Source of the DNA: Octopus sinensis
Lineage: Eukaryota
Reading direction: 5' to 3'
NCBI RefSeq assembly: GCF_006345805.1
Contig: NC_043001.1
Span: 310,001-374,000, forward strand
DNA: 64,000 nt
In this document: in pieces, positions 37,079 through 49,000 of the stretch
Layout of the letters: every line of letters starts with the position of its first letter
Position numbering within the stretch: the stretch's first letter is position 1
The notes under the pieces: model-generated
What the model was told of the DNA's origin: nothing
The model's database searches: none
What the model saw: the letters and a program-made list of their open reading frames with translations, nothing else
Translations under genes and position numbers: made by a program

Positions 37079-37899
37079 TACATGATCTTATCAATAAGTA
37101 TCCAGACTGTTGCCATAGTAACAAAGCTAAAGCACACAGAGTAAAGTTGCTCGGCACAGATTGACATTTATCTCTATTGTGCATGCACGCTAAGTTTTGA
37201 CTTTCTAGAGCAATTCCACTGTTTACAGCAGTGCTTGGAAGGAAGGTGTGTAGCGTGTGATCGTTAGATTGACCATGATATAGAGAGTTGAGCAGAGAAG
37301 CTGCATCAAATTTTGTCAAAAGTTTGACGATTCCTGCCCAGAGGGCCATAGAAAGTTTTCAATAAGTTTTTATCGTCCCTGACACAATCAAGGACATCTT
37401 ATGCAACTGAAACCCGTGTGTCCTTTTGGTCCAGTGAAAGCAGTTTTGGTACAAATTTGGCAGACAGGCGTCTCAAACCCAAATCTTCAGTGGTAATGGC
37501 CCGAACTGTAACTAACCTGCACATCCTCTGATAATTCAAGGATGGTGATTCGACGGTTTACCCTCACAACTGTACGCCCATCAGCAATGTTTTTTCTCAG
37601 TTCTGCTCGTTGCAGATCTTCCAGAATGTTCGCCAATATCGACATTTTCGGCCATACTTAAAATGTCTGAACCACTCTTACATGTGTGTGTCGCTCATAC
37701 ACTCCTCTCCATACACTTTCTGCAACTTTACGTAGGCTTTCAAGCACTGCTGTAAACAGCGGATATGAGCTAGAACATAAAAAATTAGTGCGCATGTACA
37801 GCACAGGTTGAGATCAATCTTTGCCAAGCGGCTTCACTCTGCGTATTTTTGCTTCGTTACTATAGCAACAATCCTGATACTTATTGATCAGACCTCGTA
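37079..37899 (-). mobile_element. Internally deleted mariner (Tc1/mariner) DNA transposon
   Basis: TIRs TACATGATCTTATCAATAAGTATCCAGACTGTTGCCATAGTAAC and the reverse of TACGAGGTCTGATCAATAAGTATCAGGATTGTTGCTATAGTAAC, TA at both ends. The - strand encodes the mariner N-terminus EWFRHFKYGR...SGRSATSRT...EDLGLRRLSAKFVPKLL; no DDD domain. Confidence 0.88.
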
Positions 37900-38239
37900 T
37901 ATAGGCACAAAATTGTGTACATATATAGTTTTGTTCAGCAGAAATGGAGTCTAGAAGTGAAGTGGTTTTGGAATATATGTGGTGTACTGCTTTTGTAATA
38001 TATCAGAGTCAAGACGTATATTTAACAATACCTGTATAAATATATACGTGTGTGTGTCTGCGTAGCACTTATACACACATAAATCTGTCCGAACGTGGTT
38101 GCTTAAAATAGAAATTGTCAGACACTCATGGAGGTCACTGCAGAGTTTCATAATATTTTGTGCTGTAAATATGTATACCATGTAAAAATTGATATACATG
38201 AATGTTATTGATGAAATGTGTTTATATTTTGTTCCATAG

Positions 38240-38382
38240 ATGTCGCTGCTGTCATGAGAACTTGGCCACCGTGAGACTGCAACCATGTGGAGATCTTGTT
38301 CTCTGCGAGAATTGTTCTTCTGAAATGACATTTAAGAGATGCCCCGTGTGTCGAGAATACACCCTCAGCAAAAGTGAATTTG
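38240..38382 (+). CDS. Ank/RING gene exon 9 (RING finger)
   Basis: tag|A...G|gtaaga. CRCCHENLATVRLQPCGDLVLCENCSSEMTFKRCPVCREYTLSKSEF has RING-HC spacing with Asp at the His position; phase 2 to 1. Confidence 0.92.
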
Positions 38383-39598
38383 GTAAGATAATCTTTGGGA
38401 CTCTGTTTGTTGTCTTGTTGACCTTATTGTGTGGAATAATGTGCTTCAAGCTTTCGTGTAGACCCAGGTATGTCATAATGGGACAGACTTATGATAGGTG
38501 CTCCTGAGGTCTTTTCTTTGTGACAGTATATATATCACTACATCCACTAAATATTGCCTTTACCTAATTTTAAGATGTCACACTTCAAGATATCTATCAT
38601 GATATGCTGTTTAGGTACGTACCCTGAATGTCTCTTTAGGTACGTACCCTGAATTATAAGAAATTAACAAGATTAAAAATCAAATCTCTAAGATTATAAG
38701 TATAATGATCATTAACGTTGATTAAATATTAAATTTAGTATTGAACGGTGAACATCTGTTTACATTTTAAAGATAGGAATTAAATATGAGTTCCCTGTGT
38801 GACTTGATCTCACAAATCCTTGTTTGCAACTATATATAATATACACTTATTACATTGTTTGAACAACATTTACCATCCATATAGTCATTCTTTTTCTCAC
38901 TCTTGTTAGATTTTAGATGATATTAATGCTAAAAGAGGCACAGTTTTCTGAGTGTTTCACCCTTTGGTCTTGATTGTTGCGTTCAAATTATTTAATGAAA
39001 GATAGTCATTGTTATTTGACCAGGAAATGAATTAATCATTAGTATTTGGCAGTGGACTTGGTTATATCTTTCTTCGTTTGCTCATGGAACTACCATAATA
39101 TTAGCTGTGCTAAGACACAATCATATTCATAGTAATGAAGGTTATATGTGGAGGGGATACACATAAAGGACATGTCTTTATGGGCTCCGTTTCACTTAAT
39201 TAGAGAGGAATATTGATTAGTGAATTCTAGTGATGAGAGGACTGTGCCATGCCATAGATTTGGCACAGTTATAAGAAAAGAAAGACAAAGCTAAGAGAAA
39301 ACTGTTATCAAGTTTTAATTAAATGAGATAATTGCAACATTGTTAGGATATTTAATGTGTTTTTAGAGAGAGAGAGAGGGTGGATTTAGGAATGTTAGTC
39401 TGTTTTATTGTGGACATATTGAGCTATTACATGGGACCACTGTAGAAAGTACAGAAATATTGACCAAAACCATAATGGTCAACAGTTGACCAGTAACGAC
39501 AGGAATTGAATGACTCACAATAACAAGATAGAGTTTAATAAAAATAAAGATAACGAAAGTTTATTATTAAATGTAAAACTTGGAAATATTTATTTCAG

Positions 39599-39676
39599 GG
39601 GCTCCAAAGTTTGAGGACAGGTGTGTACAAACAGAGGCTACATGTCAGGAATTAGGGGCTGCATCTCAGGCAATAG
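39599..39676 (+). CDS. Ank/RING gene exon 10 (no stop; the gene continues beyond the gap)
   Basis: cag|GG...G|gtgagt. (G)APKFEDRCVQTEATCQELGAASQAI, phase 1 to 1, compatible with exon 9. Confidence 0.72.
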
Positions 39677-39960
39677 GTGAGTATAAAATAATAGTTCCCA
39701 ATTGATTTCTGTATGGTTTTCTTCCCCCGAGTATATTGTGCTTGAAAGAATAACTGAAAACAGCTTTCATTCCTATTTTCCAATTGAACGATTATCTGTA
39801 TAATAATTGAATTAAAGATATCGATTTACTGTGAGTTTATGAAATACCCATTGAGGTTAATGCTGTTGGTAATAATGTTCAAATTGGAAGACACAATAGA
39901 GTTAATTTTGTCATTTGGTCACAGAACTCATCATCATCATCATCATCATCATCATCGTTT

Positions 39961-40060
39961 NNNNNNNNNNNNNNNNNNNNNNNNNNNNNNNNNNNNNNNN
40001 NNNNNNNNNNNNNNNNNNNNNNNNNNNNNNNNNNNNNNNNNNNNNNNNNNNNNNNNNNNN
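39961..40060. other. Assembly gap (100 N)
   Basis: Run of exactly 100 N. It is preceded by (CAT)nCGTTT, the reversed 3' end of an RTE-type repeat. Confidence 0.99.
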
Positions 40061-43000
40061 GAAAGAAGAGAAGAAACCGTCTATTTGCTTAAGAAGAGAT
40101 TGAAGCTGCTGAAGAAGGAAAGAAAAGCGTCTATGTGCTTAAAGAGAGATTGAGTGCTGAAAGAAGAGAAAATGCGTCTAGTGTGCTTAAGAGGATTGAG
40201 AGCTGAAAGAAGAGAAAGAAAGCGTCTATGTGCTTAAAGAAGATTGAGAGCTGAAAGAAAGAAAGAACGTCTATGTGCTTAAAGAGAGATTGAGAGCTGA
40301 AAGAAGAGAAAGAAGCGTCTATGTGCTTAAGAGAGATTGAGAGCTGAAAGAGAGAAAGAAAGCGTCTATGTGCTTAAGAGAGATTGAGAGCTGAAAGAGA
40401 GAAAGAAAGCGTCTATGTGCTTAAGAGTGATTGAGAGCTGAAAGAAGAGAAAGAAAGCGTCTATGTGCTTAAAGAGAGATTGAGAGCTGAAAGAAGAGAA
40501 AGAAAGCGTCTATGTGCTTAAAGATAGATTGAGAGCTGAAAGAAGAGAAAGAGCGTCTATGTGCTTAAAGAGAGATTGAGAGCTGAAGAAGAGAAAGAAA
40601 GCGTCTATGTGCTTAAAGAGAGATTGAGTGCTGAAAGAAGAGAAAGAATGCGTCGTGCTTAAAGAGAGATTGAGAGCTGAAAGAAGAGAAAGAAAGCGTC
40701 TATTGTGCTTAAAGAGAGATTGAGAGCTGAAGAAGAAAGAAAGCGTCTATGTGCTTAAGAGAGATTGAGAGCTGAAAGAAGAGGAAGAAAGCGTCTATGT
40801 GCTTAAAGAGATTGAGAGCTGAAAGAAGAGAAAGAAAGCGTCTATGTGCTTAAAGAGAGATTGAGTGCTGAAAGAAGAAAGAATGCGTCTATGTGCTTAA
40901 AGAGAGATTGAGAGCTGAAAGAAAGAAAGAAAGCGTCTATGTGCTTAAGAGATTGAGAGCTGAAGAAGAGAAAAAGCGTCTATGTGCTTAAAGAGAGATT
41001 GAGAGCTGAAAGAAGAGAAAGAAAGCGTCTATGTGCTTAAAGAGAGATTGAGAGCTGAAAGAAGAGAAGAAAGCGTCTATGTGCTTAAAGAGAGATTGAG
41101 AGCTGAAAGAGAGAAGAATGCGTCTATGTGCTTAAAGAGAGATTGAGAGCTGAAAGAAGAGAAAGAAAGCGTCTATGTGCTTAAAGAGGATTGAGAGCTG
41201 AAAGAAGAGAAGAAAGCGTCTATGTGCTTAAAGAGAGATTGAGAGCTGAAAGAAGAGAAAGAAAGCGTCTATGTGCTTAAGAGAGGATTGAGAGCTGAAG
41301 AAGAGAAAGAAAGCGTCTATGTGCTTAAAGAGAGATTGAGAGCTGAAAGAAGAAAGAATGCGTCTATGTGCTTAAAGAGATTGAGAGCTGAAAGAAGAGA
41401 AAGAAAGCGTCTATGTGCTTAAAGAGAGATTGAGAGCTGAAAGAAGAGAAAGAATGCGTCTATGTGCTTAAAGAGATTGAGAGCTGAAAGAAGAGAAAGA
41501 AAGCGTCTATGTGCTTAAAGAGAGATTGAGAGCTGAAAGAAGAGAAAGAAGCGTCTATGTGCTTAAGAAGATTGAGAGCTGAAAGAAGAGAAGAAAGCGT
41601 CTATGTGCTTAAAGAGAGATTGAGAGCTGAAAGAAGAGAAAAAGCGTCTATGTGCTTAAAGAGATTGAGAGCTGAAAGAAGAGAAGAAAGCGTCTATGTG
41701 CTTAAAGAGATTGAGAGCTGAAAGAAGAGAAAGAATGCGTCTATGTGCTTAAAGAGAGATTGAGAGCTGAAAGAAGAGAAAGAAAGCGTCTATGTGCTTA
41801 AAGAGAGATTGAGAGCTGAAAGAAGAGAAAGAAAGCGTCTATGTGCTTAAAGAGAGATTGAGAGCTGAAAGAAGAGAAAGAAAGCGTCTATGTGCTTAAA
41901 GAGAGATTGAGAGCTGAAAGAAGAGAAAGAAAGCGTCTATGTGCTTAAAGAGATTGAGAGCTGAAAGAAGAGAAGAATGCGTCTATGTGCTTAAGAGAGA
42001 TTGAGAGCTGAAAGAAGAGAAAGAAAGCGTCTATGTGCTTAAAAGAGATTGAGAGCTGAAAGAAGAGAAGAAGCGTCTATGTGCTTAAAGAGAGATTGAG
42101 AGCTGAAAGAAGAGAAAGAAAGCGTCTATGTGCTTAAAGAGATTGAGAGCTGAAAGAAGAGAAAGAAAGCGTCTATGTGCTTAAAGAGAGATTGAGAGCT
42201 GAAAGAAGAGAAAGAAAGCGTCTATGTGCTTAAAGAGAGATTGAGAGCTGAAAGAAGAGAAAGGAAGCGTCTATGTGCTTAAAGAGAGATTGAGAGCTGA
42301 AAGAAGAGAAAGAAAGCGTCTATGTGCTTAAAGAGAGATTGAGAGCTGAAAGAAGAGAAAGAAAGCGTCTATGTGCTTAAAGAGAGATTGAGAGCTGAAA
42401 GAAGAGAAAGAAAGCGTCTATGTGCTTAAAGAGAGATTGAGAGCTGAAAGAAGAGAAAGAAAGCGTCTATGTGCTTAAAGAGAGATTGAGAGCTGAAAGA
42501 AGAGAAAGAAAGCGTCTATGTGCTTAAAGAGAGATTGAGAGCTGAAAGAAGAGAAAGAAAGCGTCTATGTGCTTAAAGAGAGATTGAGAGCTGAAAGAAG
42601 AGAAAGAAAGCGTCTATGTGCTTAAAGAGAGATTGAGAGCTGAAAGAAGAGAAAGAAAGCGTCTATGTGCTTAAAGAGAGATTGAGAGCTGAAAGAAGAG
42701 AAAGAAAGCGTCTATGTGCTTAAAGAGAGATTGAGAGCTGAAAGAAGAGAAAGAAAGCGTCTATGTGCTTAAAGAGAGATTGAGAGCTGAAAGAAGAGAA
42801 AGAAAGCGTCTATGTGCTTAAAGAGAGATTGAGAGCTGAAAGAAGAGAAAGAAAGCGTCTATGTGCTTAAAGAGAGATTGAGAGCTGAAAGAAGAGAAAG
42901 AAAGCGTCTATGTGCTTAAAGAGAGATTGAGAGCTGAAAGAAGAGAAAGAAAGCGTCTATGTGCTTAAAGAGAGATTGAGAGCTGAAAGAAGAGAGAAGA

Positions 43001-46000
43001 AAGCGTCTATGTGCTTAAAGAGAGATTGAGAGCTGAAAGAAGAGAAAGAAAGCGTCTATGTGCTTAAAGAGAGATTGAGAGCTGAAAGAAGAGAAAGAAA
43101 GCGTCTATGTGCTTAAAGAGAGATTGAGAGCTGAAAGAAGAGAAGAAAGCGTCTATGTGCTTAAAGAGAGATTGAGAGCTGAAAGAAGAGAAAGAAAGCG
43201 TCTATGTGCTTAAAGAGAGATTGAGAGCTGAAAGAAGAGAAAGAAAGCGTCTATGTGCTTAAAGAGAGATTGAGAGCTGAAAGAAGAGAAAGAAAGCGTC
43301 TATGTGCTTAAAGAGAGATTGAGAGCTGAAAGAAGAGAAAGAAAGCGTCTATGTGCTTAAAGAGAGATTGAGAGCTGAAAGAAGAGAAAGAAAGCGTCTA
43401 TGTGCTTAAAGAGAGATTGAGAGCTGAAAGAAGAGAAAGAAAGCGTCTATGTGCTTAAAGAGAGATTGAGAGCTGAAAGAAGAGAAAGAAAGCGTCTATG
43501 TGCTTAAAGAGAGATTGAGAGCTGAAAGAAGAGAAAGAAAGCGTCTATGTGCTTAAAGAGAGATTGAGAGCTGAAAGAAGAGAAAGAAAGCGTCTATGTG
43601 CTTAAAGAGAGATTGAGAGCTGAAAGAAGAGAAAGAAAGCGTCTATGTGCTTAAAGAGAGATTGAGAGCTGAAAGAAGAGAAAGAAAGCGTCTATGTGCT
43701 TAAAGAGATTGAGAGCTGAAAGAAGAGAAAGAAAGCGTCTATGTGCTTAAAGAGAGATTGAGAGCTGAAAGAAGAGAAAGAAAGCGTCTATGTGCTTAAA
43801 GAGAGATTGAGAGCTGAAAGAAGAGAAAGAAAGCGTCTATGTGCTTAAAGAGAGATTGAGAGCTGAAAGAAGAGAAAGAAAGCGTCTATGTGCTTAAAGA
43901 GAGATTGAGAGCTGAAAGAAGAGAAAGAAAGCGTCTATGTGCTTAAAGAGAGATTGAGAGCTGAAAGAAGAGAAAGAAAGCGTCTATGTGCTTAAAGAGA
44001 GATTGAGAGCTGAAAGAAGAGAAAGAAAGCGTCTATGTGCTTAAAGAGAGATTGAGAGCTGAAAGAAGAGAAAGAAAGCGTCTATGTGCTTAAAGAGAGA
44101 TTGAGAGCTGAAAGAAGAGAAAGAAAGCGTCTATGTGCTTAAAGAGAGATTGAGAGCTGAAAGAAGAAAAGAAAGCGTCTATGTGCTTAAAGAGAGATTG
44201 AGAGCTGAAAGAAGAGAAAGAAAGCGTCTATGTGCTTAAAGAGAGATTGAGAGCTGAAAGAAGAGAAAGAAAGCGTCTATGTGCTTAAAGAGAGATTGAG
44301 AGCTGAAAGAAGAGAAAGAAAGCGTCTATGTGCTTAAAGAGAGATTGAGAGCTGAAAGAAGAGAAAGAAAGCGTCTATGTGCTTAAAGAGAGATTGAGAG
44401 CTGAAAGAAGAGAAAGAAAGCGTCTATGTGCTTAAAGAGAGATTGAGAGCTGAAAGAAGAGAAAGAAAGCGTCTATGTGCTTAAAGAGAGATTGAGAGCT
44501 GAAAGAAGAGAAAGAAAGCGTCTATGTGCTTAAAGAGAGATTGAGAGCTGAAAGAAGAGAAAGAAAGCGTCTATGTGCTTAAAGAGAGATTGAGAGCTGA
44601 AAGAAGAGAAAGAAAGCGTCTATGTGCTTAAAGAGAGATTGAGAGCTGAAAGAAGAGAAAGAAAGCGTCTATGTGCTTAAAGAGAGATTGAGAGCTGAAA
44701 GAAGAGAAAGAAAGCGTCTATGTGCTTAAAGAGAGATTGAGAGCTGAAAGAAGAGAAAGAAAGCGTCTATGTGCTTAAAGAGAGATTGAGAGCTGAAAGA
44801 AGAGAAAGAAAGCGTCTATGTGCTTAAAGAGAGATTGAGAGCTGAAAGAAGAGAAAGAAAGCGTCTATGTGCTTAAAGAGAGATTGAGAGCTGAAAGAAG
44901 AGAAAGAAAGCGTCTATGTGCTTAAAGAGAGATTGAGAGCTGAAAGAAGAGAAAGAAAGCGTCTATGTGCTTAAAGAGAGATTGAGAGCTGAAAGAAGAG
45001 AAAGAAAGCGTCTATGTGCTTAAAGAGAGATTGAGAGCTGAAAGAAGAGAAAGAAAGCGTCTATGTGCTTAAAGAGAGATTGAGAGCTGAAAGAAGAGAA
45101 AGAAAGCGTCTATGTGCTTAAAGAGAGATTGAGAGCTGAAAGAAGAGAAAGAAAGCGTCTATGTGCTTAAAGAGAGATTGAGAGCTGAAAGAAGAGAAAG
45201 AAAGCGTCTATGTGCTTAAAGAGAGATTGAGAGCTGAAAGAAGAGAAAGAAAGCGTCTATGTGCTTAAAGAGAGATTGAGAGCTGAAAGAAGAGAAAGAA
45301 AGCGTCTATGTGCTTAAAGAGAGATTGAGAGCTGAAAGAAGAGAAAGAAAGCGTCTATGTGCTTAAAGAGAGATTGAGAGCTGAAAGAAGAGAAAGAAAG
45401 CGTCTATGTGCTTAAAGAGAGATTGAGAGCTGAAAGAAGAGAAAGAAAGCGTCTATGTGCTTAAAGAGAGATTGAGAGCTGAAAGAAGAGAAAGAAAGCG
45501 TCTATGTGCTTAAAGAGAGATTGAGAGCTGAAAGAAGAGAAAGAAAGCGTCTATGTGCTTAAAGAGAGATTGAGAGCTGAAAGAAGAGAAAGAAAGCGTC
45601 TATGTGCTTAAAGAGAGATTGAGAGCTGAAAGAAGAGAAAGAAAGCGTCTATGTGCTTAAAGAGAGATTGAGAGCTGAAAGAAGAGAAAGAAAGCGTCTA
45701 TGTGCTTAAAGAGAGATTGAGAGCTGAAAGAAGAGAAAGAAAGCGTCTATGTGCTTAAAGAGAGATTGAGAGCTGAAAGAAGAGAAAGAAAGCGTCTATG
45801 TGCTTAAAGAGAGATTGAGAGCTGAAAGAAGAGAAAGAAAGCGTCTATGTGCTTAAAGAGAGATTGAGAGCTGAAAGAAGAGAAAGAAAGCGTCTATGTG
45901 CTTAAAGAGAGATTGAGAGCTGAAAGAAGAGAAAGAAAGCGTCTATGTGCTTAAAGAGAGATTGAGAGCTGAAAGAAGAGAAAGAAAGCGTCTATGTGCT

Positions 46001-49000
46001 TAAAGAGAGATTGAGAGCTGAAAGAAGAGAAAGAAAGCGTCTATGTGCTTAAAGAGAGATTGAGAGCTGAAAGAAGAGAAAGAAAGCGTCTATGTGCTTA
46101 AAGAGAGATTGAGAGCTGAAAGAAGAGAAAGAAAGCGTCTATGTGCTTAAAGAGAGATTGAGAGCTGAAAGAAGAGAAAGAAAGCGTCTATGTGCTTAAA
46201 GAGAGATTGAGAGCTGAAAGAAGAGAAAGAAAGCGTCTATGTGCTTAAAGAGAGATTGAGAGCTGAAAGAAGAGAAAGAAAGCGTCTATGTGCTTAAAGA
46301 GAGATTGAGAGCTGAAAGAAGAGAAAGAAAGCGTCTATGTGCTTAAAGAGAGATTGAGAGCTGAAAGAAGAGAAAGAAAGCGTCTATGTGCTTAAAGAGA
46401 GATTGAGAGCTGAAAGAAGAGAAAGAAAGCGTCTATGTGCTTAAAGAGAGATTGAGAGCTGAAAGAAGAGAAAGAAAGCGTCTATGTGCTTAAAGAGAGA
46501 TTGAGAGCTGAAAGAAGAGAAAGAAAGCGTCTATGTGCTTAAAGAGAGATTGAGAGCTGAAAGAAGAGAAAGAAAGCGTCTATGTGCTTAAAGAGAGATT
46601 GAGAGCTGAAAGAAGAGAAAGAAAGCGTCTATGTGCTTAAAGAGAGATTGAGAGCTGAAAGAAGAGAAAGAAAGCGTCTATGTGCTTAAAGAGAGATTGA
46701 GAGCTGAAAGAAGAGAAAGAAAGCGTCTATGTGCTTAAAGAGAGATTGAGAGCTGAAAGAAGAGAAAGAAAGCGTCTATGTGCTTAAAGAGAGATTGAGA
46801 GCTGAAAGAAGAGAAAGAAAGCGTCTATGTGCTTAAAGAGAGATTGAGAGCTGAAAGAAGAGAAAGAAAGCGTCTATGTGCTTAAAGAGAGATTGAGAGC
46901 TGAAAGAAGAGAAAGAAAGCGTCTATGTGCTTAAAGAGAGATTGAGAGCTGAAAGAAGAGAAAGAAAGCGTCTATGTGCTTAAAGAGAGATTGAGAGCTG
47001 AAAGAAGAGAAAGAAAGCGTCTATGTGCTTAAAGAGAGATTGAGAGCTGAAAGAAGAGAAAGAAAGCGTCTATGTGCTTAAAGAGAGATTGAGAGCTGAA
47101 AGAAGAGAAAGAAAGCGTCTATGTGCTTAAAGAGAGATTGAGAGCTGAAAGAAGAGAAAGAAAGCGTCTATGTGCTTAAAGAGAGATTGAGAGCTGAAAG
47201 AAGAGAAAGAAAGCGTCTATGTGCTTAAAGAGAGATTGAGAGCTGAAAGAAGAGAAAGAAAGCGTCTATGTGCTTAAAGAGAGATTGAGAGCTGAAAGAA
47301 GAGAAAGAAAGCGTCTATGTGCTTAAAGAGAGATTGAGAGCTGAAAGAAGAGAAAGAAAGCGTCTATGTGCTTAAAGAGAGATTGAGAGCTGAAAGAAGA
47401 GAAAGAAAGCGTCTATGTGCTTAAAGAGAGATTGAGAGCTGAAAGAAGAGAAAGAAAGCGTCTATGTGCTTAAAGAGAGATTGAGAGCTGAAAGAAGAGA
47501 AAGAAAGCGTCTATGTGCTTAAAGAGAGATTGAGAGCTGAAAGAAGAGAAAGAAAGCGTCTATGTGCTTAAAGAGAGATTGAGAGCTGAAAGAAGAGAAA
47601 GAAAGCGTCTATGTGCTTAAAGAGAGATTGAGAGCTGAAAGAAGAGAAAGAAAGCGTCTATGTGCTTAAAGAGAGATTGAGAGCTGAAAGAAGAGAAAGA
47701 AAGCGTCTATGTGCTTAAAGAGAGATTGAGAGCTGAAAGAAGAGAAAGAAAGCGTCTATGTGCTTAAAGAGAGATTGAGAGCTGAAAGAAGAGAAAGAAA
47801 GCGTCTATGTGCTTAAAGAGAGATTGAGAGCTGAAAGAAGAGAAAGAAAGCGTCTATGTGCTTAAAGAGAGATTGAGAGCTGAAAGAAGAGAAAGAAAGC
47901 GTCTATGTGCTTAAAGAGAGATTGAGAGCTGAAAGAAGAGAAAGAAAGCGTCTATGTGCTTAAAGAGAGATTGAGAGCTGAAAGAAGAGAAGAAAGCGTC
48001 TATGTGCTTAAAGAGAGATTGAGAGCTGAAAGAAGAGAAAGAAAGCGTCTATGTGCTTAAAGAGAGATTGAGAGCTGAAAGAAGAGAAAGAAAGCGTCTA
48101 TGTGCTTAAAGAGAGATTGAGAGCTGAAAGAAGAGAAAGAAAGCGTCTATGTGCTTAAAGAGAGATTGAGAGCTGAAAGAAGAGAAAGAAAGCGTCTATG
48201 TGCTTAAAGAGAGATTGAGAGCTGAAAGAAGAGAAAGAAAGCGTCTATGTGCTTAAAGAGAGATTGAGAGCTGAAAGAAGAGAAAGAAAGCGTCTATGTG
48301 CTTAAAGAGAGATTGAGAGCTGAAAGAAGAGAAAGAAAGCGTCTATGTGCTTAAAGAGAGATTGAGAGCTGAAAGAAGAGAAAGAAAGCGTCTATGTGCT
48401 TAAAGAGAGATTGAGAGCTGAAAGAAGAGAAAGAAAGCGTCTATGTGCTTAAAGAGAGATTGAGAGCTGAAAGAAGAGAAAGAAAGCGTCTATGTGCTTA
48501 AAGAGAGATTGAGAGCTGAAAGAAGAGAAAGAAAGCGTCTATGTGCTTAAAGAGAGATTGAGAGCTGAAAGAAGAGAAAGAAAGCGTCTATGTGCTTAAA
48601 GAGAGATTGAGAGCTGAAAGAAGAGAAAGAAAGCGTCTATGTGCTTAAAGAGAGATTGAGAGCTGAAAGAAGAGAAAGAAAGCGTCTATGTGCTTAAAGA
48701 GAGATTGAGAGCTGAAAGAAGAGAAAGAAAGCGTCTATGTGCTTAAAGAGAGATTGAGAGCTGAAAGAAGAGAAAGAAAGCGTCTATGTGCTTAAAGAGA
48801 GATTGAGAGCTGAAAGAAGAGAAAGAAAGCGTCTATGTGCTTAAAGAGAGATTGAGAGCTGAAAGAAGAGAAAGAAAGCGTCTATGTGCTTAAAGAGAGA
48901 TTGAGAGCTGAAAGAAGAGAAAGAAAGCGTCTATGTGCTTAAAGAGAGATTGAGAGCTGAAAGAAGAGAAAGAAAGCGTCTATGTGCTTAAAGAGAGATT

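Noticed and set aside
38610-38654. 20-bp direct repeat TTTAGGTACGTACCCTGAAT
   Set aside because: A two-copy local slippage duplication with no sign of function.
40061-40200. Satellite translation ESVYVLKERL resembles RTE QSVSTLREKL (~7705-7735, - strand)
   Set aside because: Only about half the nucleotides match over ~27 bp of purine-rich sequence, which is not distinguishable from chance by eye.
40061-42250. Higher-order structure in the satellite's left-edge variants
   Set aside because: Mostly irregular 1-2-nt deletions increasing toward the gap, as expected from low-coverage long-read error at a contig end.
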